Source: an uncultured Gammaproteobacteria bacterium
GTDB taxonomy: Bacteria > Patescibacteriota > Microgenomatia > UBA10105 > UBA927
Length of the DNA stretch: 64,000 nt
Direction of reading: 5' to 3'
Assembly: GCA_964621305.1 (NCBI GenBank)
Contig: CAZUOM010000005.1
Location: forward strand, 18,647 to 82,646
The notes below the pieces were generated by a model, which saw nothing but the letters and a program-made list of their open reading frames with translations, ran no database searches and was not told where the DNA came from. Shown in pieces: positions 30,201-42,000 of the stretch. Positions within the stretch are counted from its first letter, which is position 1; every line of letters begins with the position of its first letter. The position numbers were made by a program, and so were the translations under genes.

Positions 30201-30494
30201 AGTCTGAAGAGCTAGGCCGCAATTTAACGCCGTCTGGCCGCCAAAAGACAGTAGTATGCCGTCAGGTTTCTCTTTTTCGATGACGCGACTGACAAATTCT
30301 AGCGTTATGGGCACAAAATAGACCCGGTCGGCGAACCCCTGAGAAGTCTGAATGGTGGCAACATTTGGGTTTACCAAAACAACTTTACAGCCTTCTTCTT
30401 TGAGCGCTTTAATAGCCTGTGTTCCAGAGTAGTCAAATTCACCAGCTTCTCCGATTTTCAAGGCACCGGATCCGAGCAACAGAACTTTTTTCAT
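27273..30494 (-). CDS. carB: Carbamoyl-phosphate synthase large subunit
   Basis: GEAGEFDYSG, two ATP-grasp halves (IEVNARLSRSSALASKATG; IECNLRASRS), NCNPETVSTDYD, MGS-like C-terminus. Confidence 0.97.
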   Translation of the reverse strand: MKKVLLLGSGALKIGEAGEFDYSGTQAIKALKEEGCKVVLVNPNVATIQTSQGFADRVYFVPITLEFVSRVIEKEKPDGILLSFGGQTALNCGLALQTSGILEKHHVAILGTPIEAILTTEDRHRFAKRLARIGIATAKGQTVTTTGMGLTVAKRIGYPVMVRSGFALGGTGSGIARNSIELTKILSFALATSSQVYLEESLWGWKEVEYEVVRDGKDNCITVCNMENMDPVGVHTGESIVVAPSQTLNDKVYYRLRQISIDVIRNLGVIGECNIQFAIHPKHDDIRIIEVNARLSRSSALASKATGYPLAYIAAKLALGKKLPDLINNITGVTSAFFEPSLDYIVVKIPRWDLDKFWGVKTEIGSEMKSVGEVMSIGRTFPEAIQKAARMLNDGFIGVIDSRFGKLSKQELQKKLKVPDSMRLFSICSSLRAGISIDKISKITKIDRWYISEFASIVGVYKVLKNAKRLKAKLLKIAKQYGFCDEQIALLRKTNADSIRVKRKRAGIVPYVKRIDTLAGEFPAQTNYLYLTYHAKTSDEIPLHKEKQIVVVGAGPYAIGTSVEFDWCAVNTIKTLRDRGFGTIMVNCNPETVSTDYDYSDKLYFEELTLERVLDIYDIEKAPFVCAVGGQIPNNLTRGLSDYGVPILGTQSVDVRRAEDRRTFSLLLDKLKIAQPKWASVASIKQARSEARRISYPVILRPSFVLSGKAMKVVASDQELALYLKNQIEVSKTYPMVMTEYLDACRECDVDGVSRNGKVIALAISEHVEPAGVHSGDSTIQYPITSIEADSRRVIERATKLISASLHIHGPFNIQFIIGQDLTYVIECNLRASRSMPFVSKTSGDNFIELATKVILDLPTPKNSINQQPFVGVKVPQFSFHKLRGSDPILAVEMRSTGEVASFGLDPLEAYFKAILSTGVAFPTKKAVLISLGGSRNKLQLLYGCQKLASKGFRIYATDATSLFLRENGIDATRIGKVTDRRPNVLDLLEQKAIDFAVIVPRQEKPDNVNGYHVETEGYRMRRVAIDAGIPVFTSTQTATYFILATSRFAIASVPVKPLEWYYRVQQRKEAYG

Positions 30495-31546
30495 AAAAGA
30501 TCAAATATCCACTCTGTGTCATGTGGACCGGGGTTTCCTTCCGGGTGAAACTGGCTCGTCCATATGCGCCGTTTTTCGTCAATCAGGCCTTCGTTAGTTT
30601 GGTCATTTAAGTTAATAAACCACTCGCCAATTCCTCTAGGCAACGATTCCCGTCTCACCGCGTACCCATGATTTTGACTGGTCACGTATGCCTTACCAGT
30701 TCGACTATCGCCCACTGGCTGATTTATCCCGCGATGACCGTAAGGCATTTTATAGGTGTCGGCTCCGAGTGAAAGTGCCAAAAGTTGATGCCCAAGGCAG
30801 ACACCGATAAACGGTATACCAGCATCAACAACACGTCTGATATTTTGTATCGTTTCCTGACAAGTTTTCGGATCGCCAGGACCATTGGAACAGAGAACAG
30901 TATCAATGTCTGAAATGACAAGCGGGTCACTATTCCAAGGAATCCGAGTCACCGTAAACCCACGGGATAAAAGCGCACGAAGAATGCCGTGTTTGACTCC
31001 GCAATCGATGAGCACAACGTGTTTAGTTCGCGAATTTTTGGACCGATATACCTGTACATCTGTGCAGCTCGTCTCGCTAACTAAATGATTTGAATCTTTT
31101 TCAAACAGAACCTTGGAACTTGCACTAATTTTTCCTAGAAGCGTTCCATATTCTCTAAGTTTAAGTGTTAATTTGCGCGTATCGATACCAGAAATTCCGG
31201 GAATTTTTTGTGAGAAGAGAAATTTGGAAAATGTTGTTTTTGATAGATAGTGTGAGGGAGTGTCGCAACTTTGGGCAACCACTACGCCCCGGACCCAAAT
31301 CCGCTGAGATTCAAAATTTTGTACAATATCTCCTACCAATTTTCTGGGTGATGGAATGCCGTAATTGCCGATCAACGGAAAGGTGAAAACCAAAATTTGA
31401 CCGTTGTATGAGGGATCTGTCAGGCTCTGAGGATAGCCTACCATGGCTGTTGAGAATACAACCTCACCGTTAGCTTGGCCTGGATAGCCGATAGCTTCTC
31501 CTTCAATTCGCGTGCCATCCTCAAGATGTAGGTATGTGCGTCCCAT
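30491..31546 (-). CDS. carA: Carbamoyl-phosphate synthase small subunit
   Basis: GEVVFST, LTDPSY, SNGPGDP, GVCLGHQ, SQNHGY, QFHPE. Confidence 0.96.
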   Translation of the reverse strand: MGRTYLHLEDGTRIEGEAIGYPGQANGEVVFSTAMVGYPQSLTDPSYNGQILVFTFPLIGNYGIPSPRKLVGDIVQNFESQRIWVRGVVVAQSCDTPSHYLSKTTFSKFLFSQKIPGISGIDTRKLTLKLREYGTLLGKISASSKVLFEKDSNHLVSETSCTDVQVYRSKNSRTKHVVLIDCGVKHGILRALLSRGFTVTRIPWNSDPLVISDIDTVLCSNGPGDPKTCQETIQNIRRVVDAGIPFIGVCLGHQLLALSLGADTYKMPYGHRGINQPVGDSRTGKAYVTSQNHGYAVRRESLPRGIGEWFINLNDQTNEGLIDEKRRIWTSQFHPEGNPGPHDTEWIFDLL

Positions 31547-31572
31547 AAAAAAAGAGAGCCACTGCGGCTCTC
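31547..31572 (-). terminator. Intrinsic terminator (attenuator) directly before the carA start codon
   Basis: Minus strand GAGAGCC-GCAGT-GGCTCTC-TTTTTTT-ATG: perfect 7-bp stem plus U7. Confidence 0.85.
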
Positions 31573-31633
31573 AATGAGATACAACTCTATGCTGATTTCG
31601 TTTTTTTCCTAAAAAAAAACCCAGGGTATTCAT
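31571..31633 (-). CDS. Putative 20-aa pyr leader peptide MNTLGFFLGKKRNQHRVVSH
   Basis: ATG...TGA frame containing a T9 run; stop codon overlaps the 5' arm of the terminator. Confidence 0.55.
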   Translation of the reverse strand: MNTLGFFLGKKRNQHRVVSH

Positions 31634-31675
31634 CTCTGTGGGCTTGCCCGGCGTCAGACAGGCTCCTGGGGTTCT

Positions 31676-31705
31676 AGTCTATCGACCAGCACCGGGATCT
31701 GTCAA
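31676..31705 (-). promoter_or_regulatory. Sigma70 promoter of the pyr operon leader
   Basis: TTGACA-18 nt-TAGACT; the -35 overlaps the stop codon of the CBS gene. Confidence 0.7.
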
Positions 31706-32235
31706 GAGACAAAGTCAGATTTTTTCTTCTTTTTTGATGCGAGGTGGCGACGAAGCGATGATCCTCTTTTTTTTGAAAACCCCGGCAGCCGTAAGTGTTT
31801 TTTAAATAGCGTGTCGAAAATATCGCCTTTGGATATGACGCCAAGGAGCACATTCTGTTCGGATAATACCGGCAATTGTTGGACGTCTCGCACGATCATG
31901 CGGGAGAGCGCTCGAAGAATTGGGGTCTCAGAACGGGTAAATATCACGCGGCGATTCATCACGTGCTCTGCGCGCAGCTTAACTAAATCGTGAATTTTTT
32001 CCTCCATATCTTCAAAATCTGTTGCGGAAATAAAATCTTCAACAAGATGCTGGTAATCCGGGTACAGCGGCTTGAGAAGATCTTCTTCTGTAACGATACC
32101 TATTATCTTTTTCTTGGCATCAAGAACGGGTAGGGCATGGATTTTATGCTTGAAGATAGACTTCCATAAATCCCTAAAAGTCGTCTTAGGCTTGACCGCA
32201 ATAATGTCAATACTCATGATCTGGTGGACTTTCAT
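31702..32235 (-). CDS. CBS-domain pair protein
   Basis: IM...LPVLD...IIGIVTEEDL and VM...LPVL...LLGVISKGDI; basic C-terminal tail. Confidence 0.88.
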   Translation of the reverse strand: MKVHQIMSIDIIAVKPKTTFRDLWKSIFKHKIHALPVLDAKKKIIGIVTEEDLLKPLYPDYQHLVEDFISATDFEDMEEKIHDLVKLRAEHVMNRRVIFTRSETPILRALSRMIVRDVQQLPVLSEQNVLLGVISKGDIFDTLFKKHLRLPGFSKKRGSSLRRHLASKKKKKSDFVS

Positions 32236-32238
32236 ATG

Positions 32239-34904
<2,666 letters not shown>

Positions 34905-34918
<14 letters not shown>

Positions 34919-36419
34919 AAACTTTTTTGAACTCTCCAACTGCTTTTTTCAACTGCTCTTCAATTTCAGGCGTAATTGCGCGCTCCTTGGCGATTAAACT
35001 GATGAGTTTAGTGTGTTTTGTTTCCAGAAACGACAGGTACGCCTCGCTAAATTGCGTCACGTTGGCAACAGCAATGTCGTCAAGGTAACCATTGACTCCT
35101 GCCCAAATCAACGCAACCTGTTTTTCAACAGGCATGGGGACAAATTGACCTTGCTTGAGAAGTTCGGTCATCCTGCTGCCGCGGTCGATCTGGCTTCTGG
35201 TGGCTTCATCCAGATCCGATGCGAACTGGGCAAAGGCTGCTAGTTCCCGGTATTGAGCCAAATCTAGTCTCAGACTCCCAGCTACCTTTTTCATGGCTTT
35301 GTTCTGTGCAGCTCCTCCGACGCGCGAGACCGAAAGACCAACGTTAATGGCCGGCCGCTGCCCTGCGTAAAAAAGGTCAGACTCCAGATACAACTGGCCG
35401 TCAGTTATAGAAATGACATTAGTCGGGACGTAGGCGGAAACATCATTGGCTAGCGTTTCAATGATGGGAAGAGCGGTAATCGAGCCGCCACCATGAGCCT
35501 CATCAAGCCTGCAGGCCCGTTCCAAGAGCCTGCTGTGTAGGTAAAATACGTCCCCGGGATAGGCCTCACGTCCGGAGGGACGACGCAAAACAAGAGAAAT
35601 TTGTCTGTAAGCCCAAGCGTGTTTGGATAAATCATCGTAAACAATGAGGACGTCGCGGCCTTTATCCATAAAGTATTCAGCTAAAGCGCATCCGGCGTAT
35701 GGAGCCAAATACTGGAGAGCCGCCGGGTCGCTGGCAGAGGCAGCAACTACTATCGTGTGAGCCATGGCCTTGAATCGATTAAGAGCTGCTACTGTTTGAG
35801 CAATGCGCGCTGTCTTTTGCCCAATTGCTACATAAACGCAGATGACGTTTTCCTTTTTCTGATTTATGATCGTGTCAATAACAATTGCAGTTTTTCCTGT
35901 ATTTCTGTCGCCAATAATTAACTCCCTTTGTCCGCGGCCGATTGGAATCATCGCGTCAATTGCTTTTATTCCGGTTTGAAGCGGGCTATTAACAGGTTGA
36001 CGCACCGTAACGCCAGGAGCTACTTTTTCCATCGGGTATCGACTGACACTCTTAATCTCTCTTTTCCCATCAACCGGATTTCCAAGCGGATCTATTACCC
36101 TGCCTAAAAAACCCTCGCCTACAGGAACAGATAAAAGACTATCGACAGCCTCAACTGTATCTCCTTCAGAAAGCGCTAGCCAGTCGCCCAAAACGATTGC
36201 ACCGATTGAGTCTTCTTCTAAATTTACAGCAACGGCAGCTACCCCACCTTTACATCGCAAAAGTTCCATGTAGGCAACTTTTGGCAATCCCGATATTTTA
36301 ATAACTCCGTCGCCAGCGGCTGTAATGCAACCGACCCGCTGGGTCCTTACAGTAGGCTCAATAGCCTCAAGGCGTTTGGTAAGTTCTTTGGCAATGTTTT
36401 TGGTCAAGAGAGCATCCAT
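34905..36419 (-). CDS. atpA: ATP synthase alpha subunit
   Basis: [33 protein letters not shown]. Confidence 0.98.
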
Positions 36420-36754
36420 GTCATTTCTGAGAGAAGCTTTTTGCTGCTGGTATCAATTAAGATATCTCCCATCCGAATTTTTAAGCCGGAAAGAAGATCA
36501 GTTTTTTCTCTATATGTTACGCTGACTTGACCGCCAGATACTTTAGCCAAAAGCGAAGAAAGTTTTCGTTGCTCCTCGCTAGTAAGTGAAACTGCGGATT
36601 CAACAATAGCGTTTTGCCTACCACTAGCTGCCATACTCATCTTATGAAAAAGCGCTCCAATCTTTTTTGTGAGTAACTCCCCGGCACCCTCGCGGACGAG
36701 GCGTTTGGTTACTTCATTTACAAATGTTTTTGTGTCGTTTCGTGTGATACTCAT
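36404..36754 (-). CDS. atpH: ATP synthase delta subunit (short form)
   Basis: VESAVSL...[18 protein letters not shown]-terminal delta motif; between atpF and atpA. Confidence 0.8.
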   Translation of the reverse strand: MSITRNDTKTFVNEVTKRLVREGAGELLTKKIGALFHKMSMAASGRQNAIVESAVSLTSEEQRKLSSLLAKVSGGQVSVTYREKTDLLSGLKIRMGDILIDTSSKKLLSEMTWMLS

Positions 36755-37250
36755 GAGGTTTTTACCCAAGTAGATAATTCTCTCAATTGCCGGCTGATAA
36801 TTTTGTGTCGTTCTGATGCGGACATACCTGCCAAGATTCTGCCAGCCATTTCTGCTGCAAGTTTGACGGATTCTTTACGGATTTCATCTGCTAAACTGTC
36901 ATGGATTCTCTTGGCATCGGCTTTTCCTTTTTCAACGATTTCAGTGGCTTCTCTTTGCGCAGCTGCCGTGATTTCTAGCTCTCGCTCTTTTCCGGCTACT
37001 TTTGCTTCCTCTAAGATGCGCCTGCCCTCTGCGCGCGCTTCGTCGAGAATCTTCTCTCGTTTGATCTTAAGCTTTTCCTCTTCTTCGCGTAGTTTATCAG
37101 TAAGAGCCAAGCCTTCTTCGATTTCTTTCCGGCGTTTTTCAAGCATGCTTGTAATCGGCTTATACAAAAGCTTGGTCAAAACCACTACCATTATGGCAAA
37201 ATTAATTGCCTGCAACAGGAGTTGTGTTGGTTGAATGCCTAACTTCTCCA

Positions 37251-37251
<1 letters not shown>
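36751..37251 (-). CDS. atpF: ATP synthase b subunit
   Basis: N-terminal TM (QAINF...LYKPI) followed by charged coiled coil. Confidence 0.93.
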
Positions 37252-37493
<242 letters not shown>

Positions 37494-37502
37494 TCACCTC
37501 CT

Positions 37503-38234
37503 TCAGTGCTCTTTATGCATTGCCAAGAGCAAAAACACTGCTGTCAACATCGAAAATACCAAAGCCTGGATAAATCCTACAAACAATTCTAACCCGAGAA
37601 ACGGAATCGGCGCAATGAGAGGAATCAGAAACGCGATAACCGTAAGGAGCACCTCTCCGGCAAAAACATTGCCGAAGAGACGAAACGCGAATGAGATTAT
37701 CCTGGAAAACTCACTAACTAGCTCCAAAACGCCGACAAAAAAACCCATTGGACTTTTGAAGTTAAAAAATTTGCCCAAATACGTCAACCCGTGGCTTCTG
37801 AGCCCCGTCCATTGAACGACCACTATGACAATAACAGCCAAGGCAATCGTCATGTTGAGGTCTGCCGTGCCGGAGCGAAATAAAGGGATAAATGCTTCGT
37901 GGCCGTCTTTGACTTCATTAAATCCAATAGTTCCCACGCCAGGAACTAGCCCGGCCCAGTTGAGGGAGGCGATAAATAAAAATAGAGTAGCCAGAAGAGG
38001 AAAAAATTGTTTAGTTTTTTCGTGGAGGACGCTTCTAAAAAGCGACTCAATGCCGCCTACTAATATTTCTGCGACCGACTGACCACCACCTGGAACCAAA
38101 GATAGTCTACGGGTGGCGGCAATGGCTAGAAGAGTTACAAGAGCCATTACAAACCAGGTTGTCAGAATAGAGTTGGTTATGGCAAACCCTCCGACAGAGA
38201 AAATAGTCTCGGCAGCAAGCGAAATATGAAGCAT
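37503..38234 (-). CDS. atpB: ATP synthase a subunit
   Basis: TADLN, SFAFRLFGNVFAGE, FIQALVF. Confidence 0.96.
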   Translation of the reverse strand: MLHISLAAETIFSVGGFAITNSILTTWFVMALVTLLAIAATRRLSLVPGGGQSVAEILVGGIESLFRSVLHEKTKQFFPLLATLFLFIASLNWAGLVPGVGTIGFNEVKDGHEAFIPLFRSGTADLNMTIALAVIVIVVVQWTGLRSHGLTYLGKFFNFKSPMGFFVGVLELVSEFSRIISFAFRLFGNVFAGEVLLTVIAFLIPLIAPIPFLGLELFVGFIQALVFSMLTAVFLLLAMHKEH

Positions 38235-38246
38235 GAGTTCAAATAA

Positions 38247-38468
38247 CTAATCCAAATCCTTTATAATAGTATACAAACTTACAACAGAAATCGCTAGCCC
38301 CAAGAGCAGCAATACGAGCGTTACCTTCGGCGAAGTTCCCAAAGCACTATCAATCAGGCTCCCGATAAAGGCTCCAGCCACCAACGGCACAACAACCGCA
38401 TACCCCAGACTTCCGATAAGCCCCCACCCGATCCATTGTTTCATATTATCAAATTTTGGTTTAACCAT
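38247..38468 (-). CDS. AtpZ/AtpI-like small membrane protein
   Basis: Two TM helices with GxxID...T.P pattern; first gene of atp operon; TTTACT-17-TAAAAT-6-ATG. Confidence 0.8.
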   Translation of the reverse strand: MVKPKFDNMKQWIGWGLIGSLGYAVVVPLVAGAFIGSLIDSALGTSPKVTLVLLLLGLAISVVSLYTIIKDLD

Positions 38469-38576
38469 GAAAGTATTTTACTTCTTACTGAAGGGAGAGT
38501 AAATGAAAAATAAGCAAAAATAAGCAAAAACCTCCTAGATTGACAATAGAATTTTTACGAGCTAAATTTGGTAATA

Positions 38577-39056
38577 ATGAAAAAGACAACTGCGTTAATT
38601 ATTAGAGATGAACTTAAAAAAGCCAAACTTACCGGCCTTCCTAAAAAATTTGATGGTTTATCCAAAAGAGTCGATGGTTTATCCAAAAGAGTCGATGGTT
38701 TATCCAAAAGAGTCGATGGTTTGTCCAAAAGAGTCGATGGTTTGTCCAAAAGATTTGATGGTTTATCCAAAAGAGTCGATGGTTTGTCGAAAAGAGTCGA
38801 TGACATATCGAATCGAATGGACCAAGTAAACGACGCCGCTCGAATCATTCAGGAAAACGAGCAGAACCTGAAGGACTTAGGCGGACTCAAACGCCGACTC
38901 GACGTCTTGGACAAAATATTTGTTAGGGTCGACAAAATTGCCGGTGAAGTGACTAAATATCGAGAGGAGCAAGAACTCAACAGTAAAGCGCTATCCAATC
39001 ATGACTACCGCCTGGAACGAATTGAAAAACACCTCAACTTGGCTGTAACCAGCTAG
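38577..39056 (+). CDS. Coiled-coil heptad-repeat protein
   Basis: Seven DGLSKR(V/F) repeats, C-terminal HDYRLERIEKHL; TTGACA-17-TAAATT upstream. Confidence 0.8.
   Translation: MKKTTALIIRDELKKAKLTGLPKKFDGLSKRVDGLSKRVDGLSKRVDGLSKRVDGLSKRFDGLSKRVDGLSKRVDDISNRMDQVNDAARIIQENEQNLKDLGGLKRRLDVLDKIFVRVDKIAGEVTKYREEQELNSKALSNHDYRLERIEKHLNLAVTS
38652..38798 (+). repeat. Tandem 21-bp repeat x7
   Basis: GATGGTTT(A/G)TCCAAAAGAGTC units with few substitutions. Confidence 0.95.
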
Positions 39057-42000
39057 TCACTTTCGATCCTTTTTGCATCATCGACCAAAATGGTAAGGCG
39101 GTCGTCCTTCTCGTCGACGCGGCCGGATACAAGAACTATTGCATCGCGGCTCCAGAGGTCGCTCGTTTTGGCAAATATTTTGGGGAATACGACTAATTCG
39201 ATGACTCCTCCTAAATCCTCGATGCGCACAAAAGCCATTTCGCTGTTGCCGGCTTTGGTAAGGATTTTCTTCACATTTGTAACCATGCCGCAGACAGTCA
39301 CGCGGCTGCCGACAGAATCCTGGTTAACGTCAGCGAGCGAAACAATCGGAGTTGCGCTGTCAACTGAAATTCGTGTCAGGACCGTCGCAAGGGGGTGCTC
39401 GGTGAGATAGTAACCGAGAAGCTCTTTTTCGTAGGACAGAAGCACCTGCTTGGGCAGTTCGGCTACAGCCGGAAGCGCATCCACCAGCTGATCCGAACCA
39501 TTTTCATCTGTGTCGAACAGACCAACTTGACCCCAGGCAACAGCCTTTCTTACCCGGTGGGCTTCCTCAAGAATAACAAGAAGTGCTTCCAACAGTTGTG
39601 CGCGGCTGCCGAATACATCCATGGCGCCCGCTTTAATAAGGCTCTCAAGAGTCTTTCTGTTTACTTTAGACAAATCAACTCGCCTTATAAAATCAGTAAG
39701 TGATTTAAACGACCCTCCGGCTGAATGAGCCGAAAGGATGCTTTCAATCGCGGCAGTTCCAACATTTTTGATTGCAGATAGACCAAAACGGATTTTCCCC
39801 CCTTCTATTGTAAATTCTACATTCGAAGCATTAACGTCTGGTGGCAAAAGCACTATCCCAATTCGTCGGCACTCCTCAACTGCACGGGCTATTTTTTCAT
39901 CGCGCGCCGGCCCTGTGGTTCCACGAGATTCAGCTGTCAGGACAGCGGTCATATATTCGACGGGGAAATTGGCTTTTAGGTACGCAGTCTGATAGGCAAT
40001 CATCGCGTAACAAGCTGCATGCGCTTTATTAAATCCGTAACCGGCAAACGGCTCGATTAAGTGAAAAATTTCTTCAGCTTTTGTTTTATTTATCCCATTT
40101 TTGACACAACCTTCAATAAACTTCTCTTTTTGCTTTTTCATTTCAGACGGAATTTTTTTACCAACTGCTTTCCTTAGCTTATCTGCATCACCCCACGAGT
40201 AACCCGCAAGCGTAATAGCCGTTAAAAGCACATCGTCTTGATAACAAATGATTCCGTATGATTGCTTGAGGACGTCTTTTAGTCGCGGATCCGGATAAGT
40301 AATATGCTTGGGATCGTGTTTTCTCCTGATAAATTCCGGAATAACTTGCATCGGCCCGGGCCGAAACAAAGCTACCATTGCCATAAGATCAAAAACAGTC
40401 GTCGGCTTGAGCTCTTTGACGTAGCGGCGCATGCCTGTCGATTCCAGCTGAAATATGCCTGTGGTTTCGCCAAGCGATAGAAGTTCAAAAGTCTTTTTAT
40501 CGTCAAGAGCTATTTTTGACAAATCAATTTCAGTCTTGTGAACAACTTTAATGAATTTTAGCGCTTGTGAAAGGATCGTGAGGTTCCTTAGCCCCAAAAA
40601 ATCCATTTTAAGTAGCCCAACCCCGTCCTCACCGACTGTGTACATGTCATACTGAGTTACAATTTTTTCGCCACGAGTTTCTTTCTGAAGTGGCGTGTAT
40701 TCTACTAGTGGTTTATCAGCAATTACTACTCCTGCAGCGTGCACCGATGCGTGACGGGCAACCCCTTCAAGTTTCCTAGCTACATCCAAAAGTTTTTTGG
40801 TTTCCGGTTCATTTTTATAAGCGCTAGCAAGATCCGGTGACTGCTCAAGCGCTTTATCAATTGTCATTGGTGCACCCTGATAGCCTGGGGGGATCATTTT
40901 AGCAATCCTGTCTGGCGCCGCGTACAGCATACCTAGCGCCCGGCCCGCGTCCCGCACAGATCCGCGCGCCTCCATCGTACCGAAGGTGACGATTTGAGCT
41001 ACCTTATCGTCACCATACCGGGCAGTCACATAGGCTATGACTTCATCCCGCCGATCGTCGGCAAAATCTAGATCGATATCAGGCGGACTAGGCCGCTGGG
41101 GGTTGAGAAAGCGCTCAAACGGAAGCTTAAAGTAAAACGGGTCGATACCCGTAATCCCCAGTGAATACGAAACAACCGACCCTGCCGCCGATCCTCGACC
41201 CGGACCAACTGCTATCCCGCGACTTCTGGCCCAATTGACGAAATCTGCAACAATCAAAAAATACGTCGCGTATCCCTTGGTCTTGATGATGTCTAGCTCA
41301 TACGTTATGCGCTCCTTGATGGCTTGGGTAATATCTCCATACCGCTGCGGAGACCGCTCCCAAACCAGTTTTTCTAAATATTCTGCAGGACTATCTTCAC
41401 CCTTCGGAAGGGGAAAATGCGGCAGGATCCAGTTTCCGATAGCCAATTTAATATCGCACATATCAGCAATCCGTTTCGTATTTTCGATTGCATCAGGATA
41501 CTGGATAAAGAGACCGCGCATTTCCTCTGGAGAACGCATGTAAAAATCCGGAGAGTCGATCATTGACAAGGGTCGGTTTTTCTCGATGATCGTGTGCTGG
41601 GTCTGCACGCAAAGAAGAATTTCCTGAGCCTCGGCGTCATCAGGGTCAACGTAATGAATGTCGTTGGTAGCCACAATCGGCAAACCAAGTTTTTTTGCAA
41701 GAACCACAAGCTTTTCATTGACCATATCGCAGTCAGGAATCTTTGGGTGTTTTTGAAGCTCCAGATAATAGTGCTGGGGCCCAAAAAGCTCCGCGTACTG
41801 TTTGGCAACGGTTTGGGCTTCTTCATCCTGATTGTTTCGCAAAAGTGAAGGTACTTGGCCGTTGAGGCAGGCAGACAGGCAGATTAAGTCATCGTGATAT
41901 TTTTGCAATAGTTCCCAGTCGATCCTGGGTTTGTAGTAGTACCCCTCCAAATGCGCGTGAGTAACCAACTTCATCAAATTTTTGTAACCGTTTTCGTTTT

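Noticed and set aside
31620-31676. PyrR-binding site or known riboswitch in the carA leader
   Set aside because: I could not match the PyrR loop consensus or the ZTP/PRPP aptamer cores by eye; an Rfam scan is needed to exclude them formally
31735-31762. Degenerate half of the TGTCATTGCGAG element in the CBS gene tail
   Set aside because: Only partial similarity (ATCGCTTCGTCG...CTCGCA) and no partner arm
38652-38798. Possible CRISPR array
   Set aside because: Units are contiguous 21-mers with no unique spacers and encode an in-frame heptad repeat; no cas genes in the window
38555-38848. Antisense and alternate-frame ORFs (LDKPSTL and MVYPKES repeats)
   Set aside because: Stop-free shadows of the 21-bp repeat; only the plus-strand frame has a promoter and a non-repetitive continuation
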